IMG/VR virus record: IMGVR_UViG_3300050011_000416
Location: 1-61,509 of that record
Direction: 5' to 3' (one strand)
Length of the DNA: 61,509 bases
Source: a virus
Lineage: Duplodnaviria; Caudoviricetes
Both the position numbers and the translations under genes were made by a program. Each line of letters opens with the position of its first letter. Position 1 is the stretch's first letter. Below the pieces are notes generated by a model, which ran no database searches, was not told where the DNA came from, and saw nothing but the letters and a program-made list of their open reading frames with translations. This document shows, piece after piece, positions 47,103 through 56,928 of this stretch.

Positions 47103-48899
47103 TGCGCATTTGTCATTGCAGATATGCCCATTTCTGATCTGGTTCCTCTTAAAGAAGGCCATATTACCCAATATGAAGCTGGGGCTTGTGAAGAAGCTGG
47201 TTTGGTTAAATACGACTTTTTGGTTATCAATCAATTGAAAGATATCAGAGTTTGCTTGGACTTGATCAATAAGAAGAATGGCGATGTCAACAGAGTTGGT
47301 TATTTTAACCATAAAGGCCTAAGAACCTACATTTGGGACTTACCAGAAGATCCAGAGGCCTACAAAAGTGTTTGGAATGGAGAGACAGAATCCTGCTTTC
47401 AAATCAATACCACCACCATGACCCCTTTTGTGAAATCCGTCATGCCCCAAAATATGGAAGATCTTTCCATCATTCTATCCCTTGTTCGCCCTGGTCCATT
47501 GGACTATGTTATCGAGGAAACCGGCAGAAATATGGCTAGGGAGTACGTACATCGTCGTGATGGCAATTCATATGAAGATATTGAAATCCTAAAGGAATTG
47601 ATTCCACAGACACATTCGGTTCTTGTTTATCAAGAGCAGGTTACTAAGATCGCAAAGGAACTAGCTGGATTCTCCGGCAGTGCTGCTGAAAATCTCAGAG
47701 AAGCTATTGGTAAAAAGAAGCGCTCTACGATTTTAAAGATTAAGCCTGAGTTTATTAACGGATGTAAGTCTTCAGGCAAGGTTACCGAGGAAGAGGCCCA
47801 ACAGCTATGGGAACGAATCGTGACCTTTGGTAGATATGCGTTTAATAAATCCCACGGAATCTCATATGCCCACATTACCTACGCTTGCATGTTCCTTAAG
47901 CATTACTACAACTTGGAGTTTTGGGCAGCCATTCTCACAAATGCCAAGGAAAAAGAGATCTCAGGCAAGCTCTGGCCTCACGTAAGAGACTTGGTAGCTC
48001 CTCCAGATATCAACCTATCTTCCGATGAAATGGAGATTGACTACGCCAATCACAAGATTCGTGCCAAGTTAGGTGTCATCAGGGGAATGGGTGCTGCTAC
48101 AATCGATCCTATTGTGGCTGGAAGGCCCTACAAAGACATCCAAGACTTCGTCAATAGGGATGTGGCCGGACCAGCTCTTAGCCGTAAGCTAACCCACGTA
48201 GGAGTCTTAGACTCCCTATATCCTCCCAAGTTAGGTTTATTGGAAAAACTTCAATTGTTTGAGAATGCTCTAGAGATCAAGAAACACGATAAAAAAGTAG
48301 AAAAGGCAAGATTAGAGGGTAAAACCATAAAAGCCTCTTTGCCCAAGTTGGGTGAGATTCCAGAAGAATATCTCAGCATTGAAAAAGATCCTATGAAGAA
48401 CGCTGCTATAAAGAAATCGATTCTTCCTAGCCTTTTAGTTGGTTTGAGAGATCTCGGCATGAAGTACTCCAAATGTTTGGAATATAAAGACATTCCTTCT
48501 AAAATGATGGTATCTGCTGAAGGGCGAAGGGGTGTAGAGTTTGATACTAGGTACAAGCCAACCGATAAAGAGAGGATTTTCTTGATTAGCGGGGAGATGC
48601 TCCAACAATTGGACGAGCAAACTGCTGAAGAGGTATCGGAAGATAAGTATGCGGTAGTTACTGCTTTCATTGTTGAAACTAAGGTATTTGACTATAAGAA
48701 AAATACAAAGCAAGCATTGAAGGTTGTAATGGACGTAGATGGGGTAACTAGTGAGAAAGTTCTATGGCCAGACTACTTCACCCAAGAATTGACTTATCCC
48801 AAGGAGCTTAAGAAGGGCAACATTTGTACAATTTTCCTAAAGAAACGTGCAAATAAGGCAGATGTTTGTTCAATTACAGAAATTGTAATAGAGGCTTGA
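46989..48899 (+). CDS. dnaE: Split intein C-fragment fused to DNA polymerase III alpha C-terminal part
   Basis: After the IntC: GLVKYDFL, SLVRPGP, VYQEQV, FGRYAFNKSH, PDINLS and an OB-fold C-terminus. Confidence 0.92.
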   Translation: MLKITKVEEIGYEDVYDLFVDNEDHSFILGNSGVIAHNCAFVIADMPISDLVPLKEGHITQYEAGACEEAGLVKYDFLVINQLKDIRVCLDLINKKNGDVNRVGYFNHKGLRTYIWDLPEDPEAYKSVWNGETESCFQINTTTMTPFVKSVMPQNMEDLSIILSLVRPGPLDYVIEETGRNMAREYVHRRDGNSYEDIEILKELIPQTHSVLVYQEQVTKIAKELAGFSGSAAENLREAIGKKKRSTILKIKPEFINGCKSSGKVTEEEAQQLWERIVTFGRYAFNKSHGISYAHITYACMFLKHYYNLEFWAAILTNAKEKEISGKLWPHVRDLVAPPDINLSSDEMEIDYANHKIRAKLGVIRGMGAATIDPIVAGRPYKDIQDFVNRDVAGPALSRKLTHVGVLDSLYPPKLGLLEKLQLFENALEIKKHDKKVEKARLEGKTIKASLPKLGEIPEEYLSIEKDPMKNAAIKKSILPSLLVGLRDLGMKYSKCLEYKDIPSKMMVSAEGRRGVEFDTRYKPTDKERIFLISGEMLQQLDEQTAEEVSEDKYAVVTAFIVETKVFDYKKNTKQALKVVMDVDGVTSEKVLWPDYFTQELTYPKELKKGNICTIFLKKRANKADVCSITEIVIEA

Positions 48900-48924
48900 C
48901 AGATCGATCTTTGTCAGATATGCT
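48896..48924 (+). promoter_or_regulatory. Sigma70-like promoter
   Basis: TTGACA-17 bp-TATGCT, 6 nt before the S8 ATG (near-leaderless). Confidence 0.55.
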
Positions 48925-48930
48925 TTTAAT

Positions 48931-49674
48931 ATGAAGTTGATACTCTTAATCGCTTTACTAGTATTTCCATCAACAAGTTACGCCGATCATCCTCAGTGTG
49001 GGCAAATTAGGGTAGCCATCGTAGATACAGGCCTGGACTTAAAAGATCCCAGATTTTCTGGACGACTATGCCAAACCGGACACAGGAATTTTGTAGAAGG
49101 TGAGGGTCTGGAAGATAGGCATGGTCATGGCACTCATATTGCTGGACTGGTAGAGAAATATGCTGGATCTGCCGATTACTGTATGCTCATTTATAAATAC
49201 TACGCAGATCTATCTTCAGGATATGTCAATTTAACTAGATATTTGCAAGCCATTAGGGCAGCTAAGGACAACGGAGCGACTATCATAAACTTCTCCGGTG
49301 GTGGCCCAGAGTTTTCGGAAGAGGAATATGTCTTTATTAAAGATAGTCCTCAAATAACTTTTGTAGTGGCTGCTGGAAATGATAATAAGAACCTAGACAT
49401 TCCAGGTAACGGATATTATCCAGCTTCTTATTTCTTACCTAATGAGATTCCCGTGGGCAATATAGATTCAAACGATAACAAAGTTAAGTCTTCAAATTGG
49501 AGTAAAAGAGTAACTGTCAAAGAACATGGCGAAATGGTATTTTCTACCCTTCCATGCACTTTCAATGGTAGGATACTTTGTGACGGTTTCATGACAGGAA
49601 CTTCTCAAGCAACCGCAATTCATACTGGAAAATTAGTTGCAAAATTATCCAAAACATGCAATTATAGGAAATAA
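48931..49674 (+). CDS. Subtilisin-like (S8) serine protease with signal peptide
   Basis: VAIVDTG, HGHGTHIAG, AAGN and GTSQAT motifs; N-terminal signal peptide. Confidence 0.88.
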   Translation: MKLILLIALLVFPSTSYADHPQCGQIRVAIVDTGLDLKDPRFSGRLCQTGHRNFVEGEGLEDRHGHGTHIAGLVEKYAGSADYCMLIYKYYADLSSGYVNLTRYLQAIRAAKDNGATIINFSGGGPEFSEEEYVFIKDSPQITFVVAAGNDNKNLDIPGNGYYPASYFLPNEIPVGNIDSNDNKVKSSNWSKRVTVKEHGEMVFSTLPCTFNGRILCDGFMTGTSQATAIHTGKLVAKLSKTCNYRK

Positions 49675-49676
49675 CA

Positions 49677-49928
49677 ATGGCAGACAATACAGACTTTAAG
49701 GTTATCAAGAAGAAAGAGATCGACAAGGGAACTACTTTAAAGGTGACCAAAAATATCATGAGCGGCAGAATATTTGTAGAGTTTGCTTCTTTGGATCCCA
49801 AAATTATTCTCCAGAAGAACTTCCAGGATACGATAGATGGCAAATTGCAATCTGAGAAGTTTGCTAAGAGCATCACCAGTACGGATCAGTTGATGAAGTA
49901 CTTTGGTATTAAGAAGAAAGTTTTATGA
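49677..49928 (+). CDS. Hypothetical protein
   Basis: Coupled ORF with SD. Confidence 0.5.
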   Translation: MADNTDFKVIKKKEIDKGTTLKVTKNIMSGRIFVEFASLDPKIILQKNFQDTIDGKLQSEKFAKSITSTDQLMKYFGIKKKVL

Positions 49929-50227
49929 TTACCCTACTATTGGTTTTCCTATTTGTCCTCTTCTCTCTTACTTTTATTGCAGCGGCAGGTGGGGGTGGAC
50001 TAGTTAGAGTTCATAAAAATGAAGAGTGGACTAAATTCAAAAATGGCGTTCCTGTGTGCGGTGTTGGCAGACGAGGTTATTGGACCAACAGTCACACTTT
50101 CGGTGGTGATTGGCCATTTAGGGAGCGCCCAGATGGAACTTGGTATGACCCCAAAACTGGTAAGGATTGTGTAACTATGTCCCTTAATGATTTGCTTAAA
50201 AAGCACGAAAAGAAAGATAAATCATGA
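49925..50227 (+). CDS. Hypothetical membrane protein
   Basis: N-terminal hydrophobic segment. Confidence 0.45.
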   Translation: MITLLLVFLFVLFSLTFIAAAGGGGLVRVHKNEEWTKFKNGVPVCGVGRRGYWTNSHTFGGDWPFRERPDGTWYDPKTGKDCVTMSLNDLLKKHEKKDKS

Positions 50228-50493
50228 AGGTAGATCTTGGTAAATTCGACCTTAAGGTTTGGAGAGAAATAGCCGTAAAAGCAACGCCGGGACCATGGGG
50301 TCCGTGGAGTGGAAACTGGCCATTCTATGTCGATGTAAGGAAGCCTTCTCAATCCTTATCAAAACATGACGATACAAGACCAACTTATTGGCGTTACGAA
50401 GATGCTGAGTTTGTTTTGAATTTTGCCCCCGAAGTAGTTATTGCATTGCTGGATCGTATAAAAGAGTTGGAAAATATCGTAAACAAGGAGTAA
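50224..50493 (+). CDS. Ead/Ea22-like small phage protein
   Basis: ATPGPW...DAEF...P.VVIALLDRI pattern. Confidence 0.55.
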   Translation: MKVDLGKFDLKVWREIAVKATPGPWGPWSGNWPFYVDVRKPSQSLSKHDDTRPTYWRYEDAEFVLNFAPEVVIALLDRIKELENIVNKE

Positions 50494-50495
50494 TT

Positions 50496-51269
50496 ATGTC
50501 ACTAAGTACTATTCTAAAAGAGATGGAAACGAATCGCCCAAATGCTGATATGGATGTTCAAATGGGATCCGAGGCTACTTATGGTGGCCGTGTTGGTCTA
50601 AAACGTGCTGCAACAGAGACCCTAAAACGTCTGAAACTTCAATACCGCAATGAATTGATGACCTCTACAGCGTTTATCGTAGTTACCGGAGATGGCAGGG
50701 ACAGTTTCGGCCAACTAGCTTCTGGAGATAATTTTGGATGTTTCTTGGCAGACCCAGAAGAATTCTACAAGGACTTGGCTTCTAGGATCAACCCTACTCT
50801 TTTTGGCAGGGAAGGAGTTAGACAGCTTTTCAATATCGCCGGGAATATCTTGGAGGATAAAGCGTTGGAGCTTGACATCAACTCCTATCCAATGTTAATG
50901 TTTAACGAGAAGTATAACTCAGCGGTTAATAGTGTAGAGGACTTTGTTCCATTGATTAGGAATGCCGTTAATGATCAAGTAGGGTCTGAAATTGTTGGAA
51001 TTAATGCAATTCATTCTATCGTTGATAAGGCCATTGGAAAGAACCATTCGGCATCAGTTACCCCTGTGGTGCTTAATACGGCAGATGAGAAGTTTGCTCT
51101 AGATCTTCAAAATAATCTTAAGAGATTGACCGGTAAGGTATTTTTGGTAGTTGCTGGTAAGGCATCAAAAAATCTTTATAAGACCAAGGAAGTTGTTCTG
51201 GTCAAAACAGTATCAGAGGAGAGTGTTGGGGAAGCATTAGCTACGATTCGCAGTAAGATTCTACAGTAA
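50496..51269 (+). CDS. Hypothetical protein
   Basis: 257 aa with AAGGAG SD. Confidence 0.6.
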   Translation: MSLSTILKEMETNRPNADMDVQMGSEATYGGRVGLKRAATETLKRLKLQYRNELMTSTAFIVVTGDGRDSFGQLASGDNFGCFLADPEEFYKDLASRINPTLFGREGVRQLFNIAGNILEDKALELDINSYPMLMFNEKYNSAVNSVEDFVPLIRNAVNDQVGSEIVGINAIHSIVDKAIGKNHSASVTPVVLNTADEKFALDLQNNLKRLTGKVFLVVAGKASKNLYKTKEVVLVKTVSEESVGEALATIRSKILQ

Positions 51270-51293
51270 AACTAACAATAAAAGGGAGATAAC

Positions 51294-52334
51294 ATGGAAG
51301 ACTGGAAACCAAATTACGACGGTAAGAAGCAATACAAGAAGAAGAATCGCTATAAGCAAGAGGATGGAGATGTTGTTTTTCGCATTCTCCCTCAACCAAA
51401 GGGTAAAAATGCAAAGCGTAGCGGGGACTGGAGCAAATATCATTCGGTTCAGTTTGGCTACAAGAATTCAGAAGGTAAGGCACGTCCTTTTGAGAGCCCC
51501 CAAGTAAAGAAGGATAAGGTTGTCTTAGTTGCAGACGCAGCGTTGGATCGTATTAACGACCTTAAAGCAAAACTTGAGGTTGCTCGTTCCGAGAATAACG
51601 GACCTTTGATTGCCAAGCTTAACACCTTGATTGGCTTTAAGGGAGTTTATAGCGTTGATAATAATCACCACATGAACGTTATTGGTCTAGATAACAATAT
51701 TGGTGGTCTTAAAATTCGCTATAAGGCGAAACTTGCCTTGGACGAGGAAATCAAGAAACTTCGTGCTCAAGGAATTGATCCCCTCTCCCTTGAAGATGGA
51801 CGATTCTTTGTTTTTACTCGCACTGGAACTAGCAATGATACCGCCTTTAAGGTTTCAGTATATACCGAAAGTTTGGACGTTCCTGGTATTGGCAAGGTTG
51901 ACAGGCAAGTAGTTCATAAGGTTACTCCAGAGATCCTCCTTCGTCTTGAGGAAGAGGGGTTTGATTTGGATGACATTGCTCCAAAGCTCACAGCTGAAGA
52001 GGTGGCCAAAATTGTTGCTACTTCTGATTTGTTGACTGGCCGAAGTCCTGCTTGTGATGAGTTCTTCGATGCTCGTTGGAAGGCTCGTCGTGCTCTCGCG
52101 ACAGCTTTAGTAGATGAGACACTTCAGTCAAGTGGAGATGATGAGGAAGAGTATAGGGCTCCAAGTGCTCAACCTACCGGTTTGGCTATGCCCGTAACCG
52201 CACCTGTTACTATCTCAAATCCACCAAGTGCTCAACCTACTGGTTTGACTACGCCTAATGTCAGTCAAATTGGAACAGGTGAAGACATGAGTGACGAGGA
52301 TTTCTTTAAGGAAATCGGAAATACTGGAACTTAA
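51294..52334 (+). CDS. Single-stranded DNA-binding protein (gp32-like)
   Basis: VFRILP motif and acidic C-terminal tail (DEDFFKEI); lies before UvsY and RecA. Confidence 0.7.
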   Translation: MEDWKPNYDGKKQYKKKNRYKQEDGDVVFRILPQPKGKNAKRSGDWSKYHSVQFGYKNSEGKARPFESPQVKKDKVVLVADAALDRINDLKAKLEVARSENNGPLIAKLNTLIGFKGVYSVDNNHHMNVIGLDNNIGGLKIRYKAKLALDEEIKKLRAQGIDPLSLEDGRFFVFTRTGTSNDTAFKVSVYTESLDVPGIGKVDRQVVHKVTPEILLRLEEEGFDLDDIAPKLTAEEVAKIVATSDLLTGRSPACDEFFDARWKARRALATALVDETLQSSGDDEEEYRAPSAQPTGLAMPVTAPVTISNPPSAQPTGLTTPNVSQIGTGEDMSDEDFFKEIGNTGT

Positions 52335-52348
52335 TAGAAAGGGAGCCC

Positions 52349-52726
52349 ATGGAATTGAATCCAGATACTGATTTATCAATCGATATTCATAACTTAACTG
52401 CAGAATTTCGAGGGCTTCCTTCTACTTTATTTAGGTACTATCAGTACAAGGCTAAAGTAGAAGCAAACAGAGATACTTGTAAGGCTAAGCTCAAGGAGAC
52501 TAGAGCTTTGGTCTACAAGAGAATTAAAAGCGATTCGTCAGTTAAGTATACAGAAAAAGGTCTAGAATCAGAAATAGACATTGATCCGGCAGTTATAGAC
52601 GCACAAATGAAGCTTATTAGAGCCGAACATGACGCCTCAACTTGGGGTGGTGCAGTGGACTCTATGAAAGCAAAAAAAGACTGTCTCATCCAACTTGGAA
52701 GTGATCGTAGGAAAGAAATAGCATAA
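52349..52726 (+). CDS. UvsY-like recombination mediator
   Basis: Helical 125 aa protein (DLSID...IDIDP) between SSB and RecA. Confidence 0.6.
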   Translation: MELNPDTDLSIDIHNLTAEFRGLPSTLFRYYQYKAKVEANRDTCKAKLKETRALVYKRIKSDSSVKYTEKGLESEIDIDPAVIDAQMKLIRAEHDASTWGGAVDSMKAKKDCLIQLGSDRRKEIA

Positions 52727-52728
52727 AT

Positions 52729-53631
52729 ATGGCAAAACAAGAAGTATCCCTAATTGAAAAAATTCGTAATCGTTTAAATGAGAATAGTGGTAAGGAATTG
52801 GTTAAAACGTTTGGTCCAGATGACAACCTTCTGCAAGTTAGGTCTTGGATTCTCCTTAAACCCTTCTTTAAGCAAGCTACGGGTGGGGATGGCTTTCCAT
52901 GCGGACACATAACTCAAGTCATAGGTAAGCCAGACAGCGGAAAGACAACTTTGGTTATGGAAGGAATCGTTTCTTGCCAAAAAGCAAGTGGAGTAGTTTT
53001 TCTGATTGATTCAGAGCATAAATTCTCCATGCCAAGGCTTACTCTGATGGGTGGAAATCCTAAAGAAGTCTTGGTCACTCCTACAAATACCCTAGAAGAG
53101 GCTTGGGACGCTATCGAAAAGATCCTTGCTGAGGCCCAAACCCTACGTGAAGAGGGTTTTACGGGGCCAATAATGATCGTTTGGGACTCAGTTGCAGCTT
53201 CAGTTCCAGAAGCAATGATGGAAGGAGAGGCCGGAGACGCCCATTTTGCAGTAGAAGCAAAGCTTAATAACAAGAACGTTCGTAGGCTTCGTCAATCCAT
53301 TGATAAATCTGAAGTTGCTTGCGTATTCATTAATCATTATTATATGACTAATCCCAAGACTAAGTATGAGCAACCAGAGCTTATCATTAAGGGCGGAGAG
53401 GAACTTTCTTTCTTTTCAACCTTGATTATTCGTACCAAACAAGGTGCCAAGATCATGCGAACGGTTCTAGGCGAAGAACAACAAATTGGTAGGACTACTA
53501 GATTTTTTACCCATAAGGGTCATTTCCATGGTAGGACGATTACCAAGGATGTCTCTGTAGTGGATCTGGGCATTTTAGAGACACCTGAAGAGTTACTAGA
53601 ATACAAGAAATCTCTCAGAGGAGAGCTTTAA
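52729..53631 (+). CDS. recA: RecA/UvsX-like recombinase
   Basis: GKPDSGKTT, IDSEH, VWDSVA, FINH and KGG..L.F motifs. Confidence 0.88.
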   Translation: MAKQEVSLIEKIRNRLNENSGKELVKTFGPDDNLLQVRSWILLKPFFKQATGGDGFPCGHITQVIGKPDSGKTTLVMEGIVSCQKASGVVFLIDSEHKFSMPRLTLMGGNPKEVLVTPTNTLEEAWDAIEKILAEAQTLREEGFTGPIMIVWDSVAASVPEAMMEGEAGDAHFAVEAKLNNKNVRRLRQSIDKSEVACVFINHYYMTNPKTKYEQPELIIKGGEELSFFSTLIIRTKQGAKIMRTVLGEEQQIGRTTRFFTHKGHFHGRTITKDVSVVDLGILETPEELLEYKKSLRGEL

Positions 53632-53635
53632 AAGT

Positions 53636-53838
53636 TTGGCGGCGGCGTGGAAAGCTGTGGGAGTAGCTCAGAGGAGAAAGCGGGGTCGAGAGATCTGCTA
53701 TGTGGGTTCGAGTCCCACCACCACTGGAGACACGCATCGGAAGGTGGAATGAGTAGGTACTGCAACGTCGGGCGTAAGTCAGGCGTTAATGCGTCATCTT
53801 TATAGTCCTACTAGTAGGAGTAGCGTCCTACCCGCCAA
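53636..53838 (+). ncRNA. Unidentified tRNA-shaped structured RNA, copy 3 (contains nested tRNA-like domain 53657-53724)
   Basis: Closing stem TTGGCGG/CCGCCAA, GGCGTGGAAAGC...GGAGACACGCA, and terminal hairpin GTAGG-AGTAGCGT-CCTAC. Confidence 0.72.
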
Positions 53839-53842
53839 TAAA

Positions 53843-53916
53843 TTTAACGGGTGCTCATCCTAGGTATTTGGGCCACAGTCAAAAGAATCGGATGAAGTGT
53901 CTGATTGCCCGTTAAA
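53843..53916 (+). ncRNA. Candidate companion stem-loop RNA after copy 3
   Basis: TTTAACGGGT/GCCCGTTAAA outer stem and TCATCC/GGATGA inner stem. Confidence 0.4.
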
Positions 53917-53932
53917 ATTAAGAAAGGTTCCC

Positions 53933-54913
53933 ATGTTACATGATCCTGTCATTCGTCCTGAAGCCTCAGATAAGAAAATAAGAACTTCAGATGATTTTGA
54001 ACTTTGTTACCTTAGACACCAATACTTTCGGCGAGTTAAATACAATCCTACCGTAGAAGAGATGCAACCATACATGAAAATCGTGGAGCATCTTACCAAA
54101 AATACCTTCTTTACCTACTTCAATCTGTTCAAATCGGTAGGCATGTATCACGACGACGTACTAAATATTGGTAGAGTACACCTGGTATCCTTCCTTGGTT
54201 TATACGCTCTGGATAAAGTGAAAGATAAAGAGAAGGAATGGATAGTAAAATTTATCATCAAGAACAAGAAAGATCCTGAAGAAAAGGATTATGATCAAAA
54301 AAATAAAGCAAACTTTACCATGTTCTTCAAACAGCGCATGGAGGATCTGGTAAGGGTATGTCGCCAGAAGGCCAGGAATATAAAGGGTCAGCCATCAGAA
54401 GAGTATGTTATTTTCTGTGGCAAGAATAGGCCCCCTAAGTATCATAAAAAATTGCTAAAAGATTATGAGGAACTAGAGTACAAAAAGATGGATTTTCCTA
54501 CTTTCAAGTCGATTAGGAAGAAGGCTAATGTCAATAGCGATGCCACCATCTTCGAATTTAGCGGTTTTTGGTACGTAGCTATTGCCTTAGAACAAAAGAA
54601 TTTGGACATTGACGACATCATTGGTTCTGACTCCAATCCCTACCATAACGAACACAACATGCAACCAGACGAACTCTACGTTTCTCTGCCAATTAATGGC
54701 CAGAGTTGGACCTCTAATATTGATGGACATCCAATGAATAAGGTGGAAAAAGAATCGGAGCATTTCCAAAAAGTCTTCTATAAGAAATGTGATTATAGAA
54801 AAAGAGTAATTCTGCAAACCTTCATTGCAAAAAACAAAAATATGGTACACTATAAAGAGGAAGTTAAGACCGCCAGAAAGCTCTTAATGTCCCTCGGAGG
54901 CTGGATCAGATGA
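53933..54913 (+). CDS. Hypothetical protein, possible divergent sigma-like factor
   Basis: YMKIVEHLTK...GMYHDDVLNIGRVHL...NFTMFFKQRM loosely follows sigma region 2; ATG behind GAAAGG. Confidence 0.45.
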   Translation: MLHDPVIRPEASDKKIRTSDDFELCYLRHQYFRRVKYNPTVEEMQPYMKIVEHLTKNTFFTYFNLFKSVGMYHDDVLNIGRVHLVSFLGLYALDKVKDKEKEWIVKFIIKNKKDPEEKDYDQKNKANFTMFFKQRMEDLVRVCRQKARNIKGQPSEEYVIFCGKNRPPKYHKKLLKDYEELEYKKMDFPTFKSIRKKANVNSDATIFEFSGFWYVAIALEQKNLDIDDIIGSDSNPYHNEHNMQPDELYVSLPINGQSWTSNIDGHPMNKVEKESEHFQKVFYKKCDYRKRVILQTFIAKNKNMVHYKEEVKTARKLLMSLGGWIR

Positions 54914-55407
54914 GTGAAGATAGGGTTGCCATAGATAAGATCATAAGAGCTTGGAAATCCGAATACGGGGTTAATCGTACTGGTGAAAAGGGAAGTGCTT
55001 ATAAAATTATGTCACCATCTGATTTACAAGAGAATTTTAGGATTCTAGCAAGGACCTTAATGGATGCTGGATATACCTATGAAGAAATAGATGATCCACA
55101 TGTTTCTGTTAAAATAGCAGATATTTGTTGGAGGGAAGACAAGATAATAAAAATGTCAACAGCTGCCGTGAGAGCAGCCAAAATAAGTTTTGCTACTGAT
55201 TGGAATGACGTTATATCCGATAAAGAATTTTCTGGCATCAAAATGTCCAAAGTAGAACGTAAGGCACCTAAAAAGGCCGATGTGAAAGAACACGTACCAA
55301 CAGATCCCAATAACATAATCATCCCAGACCCCGCCTTATACTTCGATACTCCTCAAGATTTAGAGTTTCTGGCCTTAATTGGAGTAGATCCAGAGGGGGA
55401 CAAGTGA
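54910..55407 (+). CDS. Hypothetical protein
   Basis: Coupled ORF before the helicase. Confidence 0.55.
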   Translation: MSEDRVAIDKIIRAWKSEYGVNRTGEKGSAYKIMSPSDLQENFRILARTLMDAGYTYEEIDDPHVSVKIADICWREDKIIKMSTAAVRAAKISFATDWNDVISDKEFSGIKMSKVERKAPKKADVKEHVPTDPNNIIIPDPALYFDTPQDLEFLALIGVDPEGDK

Positions 55408-56585
55408 GTAAGGAACTGGACGAACTCAATGCAAAACTTGGAAAGGACCTAGAACTTCATAAGCGTAAAGAAGTCTTGTCTGAAAAAGAAATAACTCTAA
55501 GGGAACATAAGGTTGAAATAGATCTCAATAACTTGATAAAAAATACCTCCGAAATAGAAATAGCCAAAACTATAGGTTTCGGTAAATTGACAGCGGGAGA
55601 AATAGAACAATTAGTAAGAGAAAATGAAGACTATATGTTGGCCGCTAAACACTCCATGAACTTTATTAATAAGGAGTTTGCTGGCACCGTACCCTATTTT
55701 AGAAAGAATCTCATTGTTGTTTTGGCTGATACCGGACATGGAAAATCAACGGCTGTTGCCAACATAGTCTATGAGACCATAAGCCGTATAAATCCGGCTA
55801 CTGGGAAAATGGGTAGAGTATTGGTGATAACCAATGAAGAGGCTTCTGAGGATTTTTACAACAGAATTACTTGTTTTATTAAGGGTTGGAACTACACCAA
55901 ACACAATGAGTTCTCGGATATACAGAGAAAAATATTTAACGAATACATTCCAATTCTAGCCAAAGGTGGCAGGTTAACTGTAATCGGAGACACTTACCAG
56001 GGGATATCCGGCTGGACACGAACTATTGAGGGAATCAAGACCATTCTGGACAGTCTTATCAGGGATGAAGTCTGGTATGATGCCATCATTATTGATTATT
56101 ATCAAAATGTTACCAGATCTAAGCTAGACTCCAGGCTAGACATAAATAAGTGCCAAGAGAAGTTTGCTGATATGTTAGATGAGTTTAAAACGTCCTATCC
56201 AGCACCAATAGTCGTCTTCGCTCAAATAAATAAGCGTAGAGATGAGGAAGATACGACCCCTTTCAATGTTAGAATCAAAGGTAGAAAAATTATTTGTGAT
56301 AAAGCCACTTTTATCATGGAACTCATACCAGTACATGAACTTCGTTACAGCAGGTGGCTTGTCCATAAGACTCGTTTTACTGGAACCATTAATAAGGAAG
56401 TAGAAACTGGATTTGATAAGGGAAAGTTTGTTCCTTATTCCGTTGATTTTAAAAAAAATGTTGCTACGATGAGAGAGAAGGAACTTACGGAAGATGCAGA
56501 GAAAATCTTAGGTGTGGCTGAGAAGGCCGAAGTAAAAATTGTTGAAGAAAATAAAGGAGATACAGATGAATCGTCAAACTCGTGA
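55404..56585 (+). CDS. DnaB-like replicative helicase
   Basis: ADTGHGKST, ITNE, IIIDYYQ and VFAQ motifs. Confidence 0.8.
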   Translation: MSKELDELNAKLGKDLELHKRKEVLSEKEITLREHKVEIDLNNLIKNTSEIEIAKTIGFGKLTAGEIEQLVRENEDYMLAAKHSMNFINKEFAGTVPYFRKNLIVVLADTGHGKSTAVANIVYETISRINPATGKMGRVLVITNEEASEDFYNRITCFIKGWNYTKHNEFSDIQRKIFNEYIPILAKGGRLTVIGDTYQGISGWTRTIEGIKTILDSLIRDEVWYDAIIIDYYQNVTRSKLDSRLDINKCQEKFADMLDEFKTSYPAPIVVFAQINKRRDEEDTTPFNVRIKGRKIICDKATFIMELIPVHELRYSRWLVHKTRFTGTINKEVETGFDKGKFVPYSVDFKKNVATMREKELTEDAEKILGVAEKAEVKIVEENKGDTDESSNS

Positions 56586-56925
56586 AGAATTGAATCAGTT
56601 GTCAAAAGAGGCATTTGGTACCCGTTCCCGTTGGCAAAAGCTTGTAAATAATGGCTTTGCAGAGCTTCTAGAGCGTGATCGTGAGGTTATGGTTCCTACT
56701 CGCAAGGGGTTGGAGCTTAAGACTTTTACTGACAGGAAGTACGTTTCTCGCCACTATACTGTTGATGAGGTTCGTAAGGTAATGACGGATCTGTTGGCGG
56801 CTAGAAAAGCGGCCATTACTCCCAGTGTCTTGGCTGAAATTGAAGCTGACAAGATAGAAGATGGAACCACTCTTATCCTCAATACAGAAACTTTCAAGGC
56901 CCTAAGCGATACAATTAAGGGGTAA
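56566..56925 (+). CDS. Hypothetical protein
   Basis: AAGGAG SD before ATG 56566. Confidence 0.55.
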   Translation: MNRQTREELNQLSKEAFGTRSRWQKLVNNGFAELLERDREVMVPTRKGLELKTFTDRKYVSRHYTVDEVRKVMTDLLAARKAAITPSVLAEIEADKIEDGTTLILNTETFKALSDTIKG

Positions 56926-56928
56926 GTC

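Noticed and set aside
52161-52247. 24-bp near-perfect direct repeat in the SSB gene
   Set aside because: It encodes a duplicated PSAQPTGL linker in a disordered tail, with only two copies.
53657-53724. Functional tRNA gene
   Set aside because: There is no 7-nt anticodon loop, the acceptor stem is imperfect and there is no terminal CCA. It is reported instead as a domain of the larger RNA.
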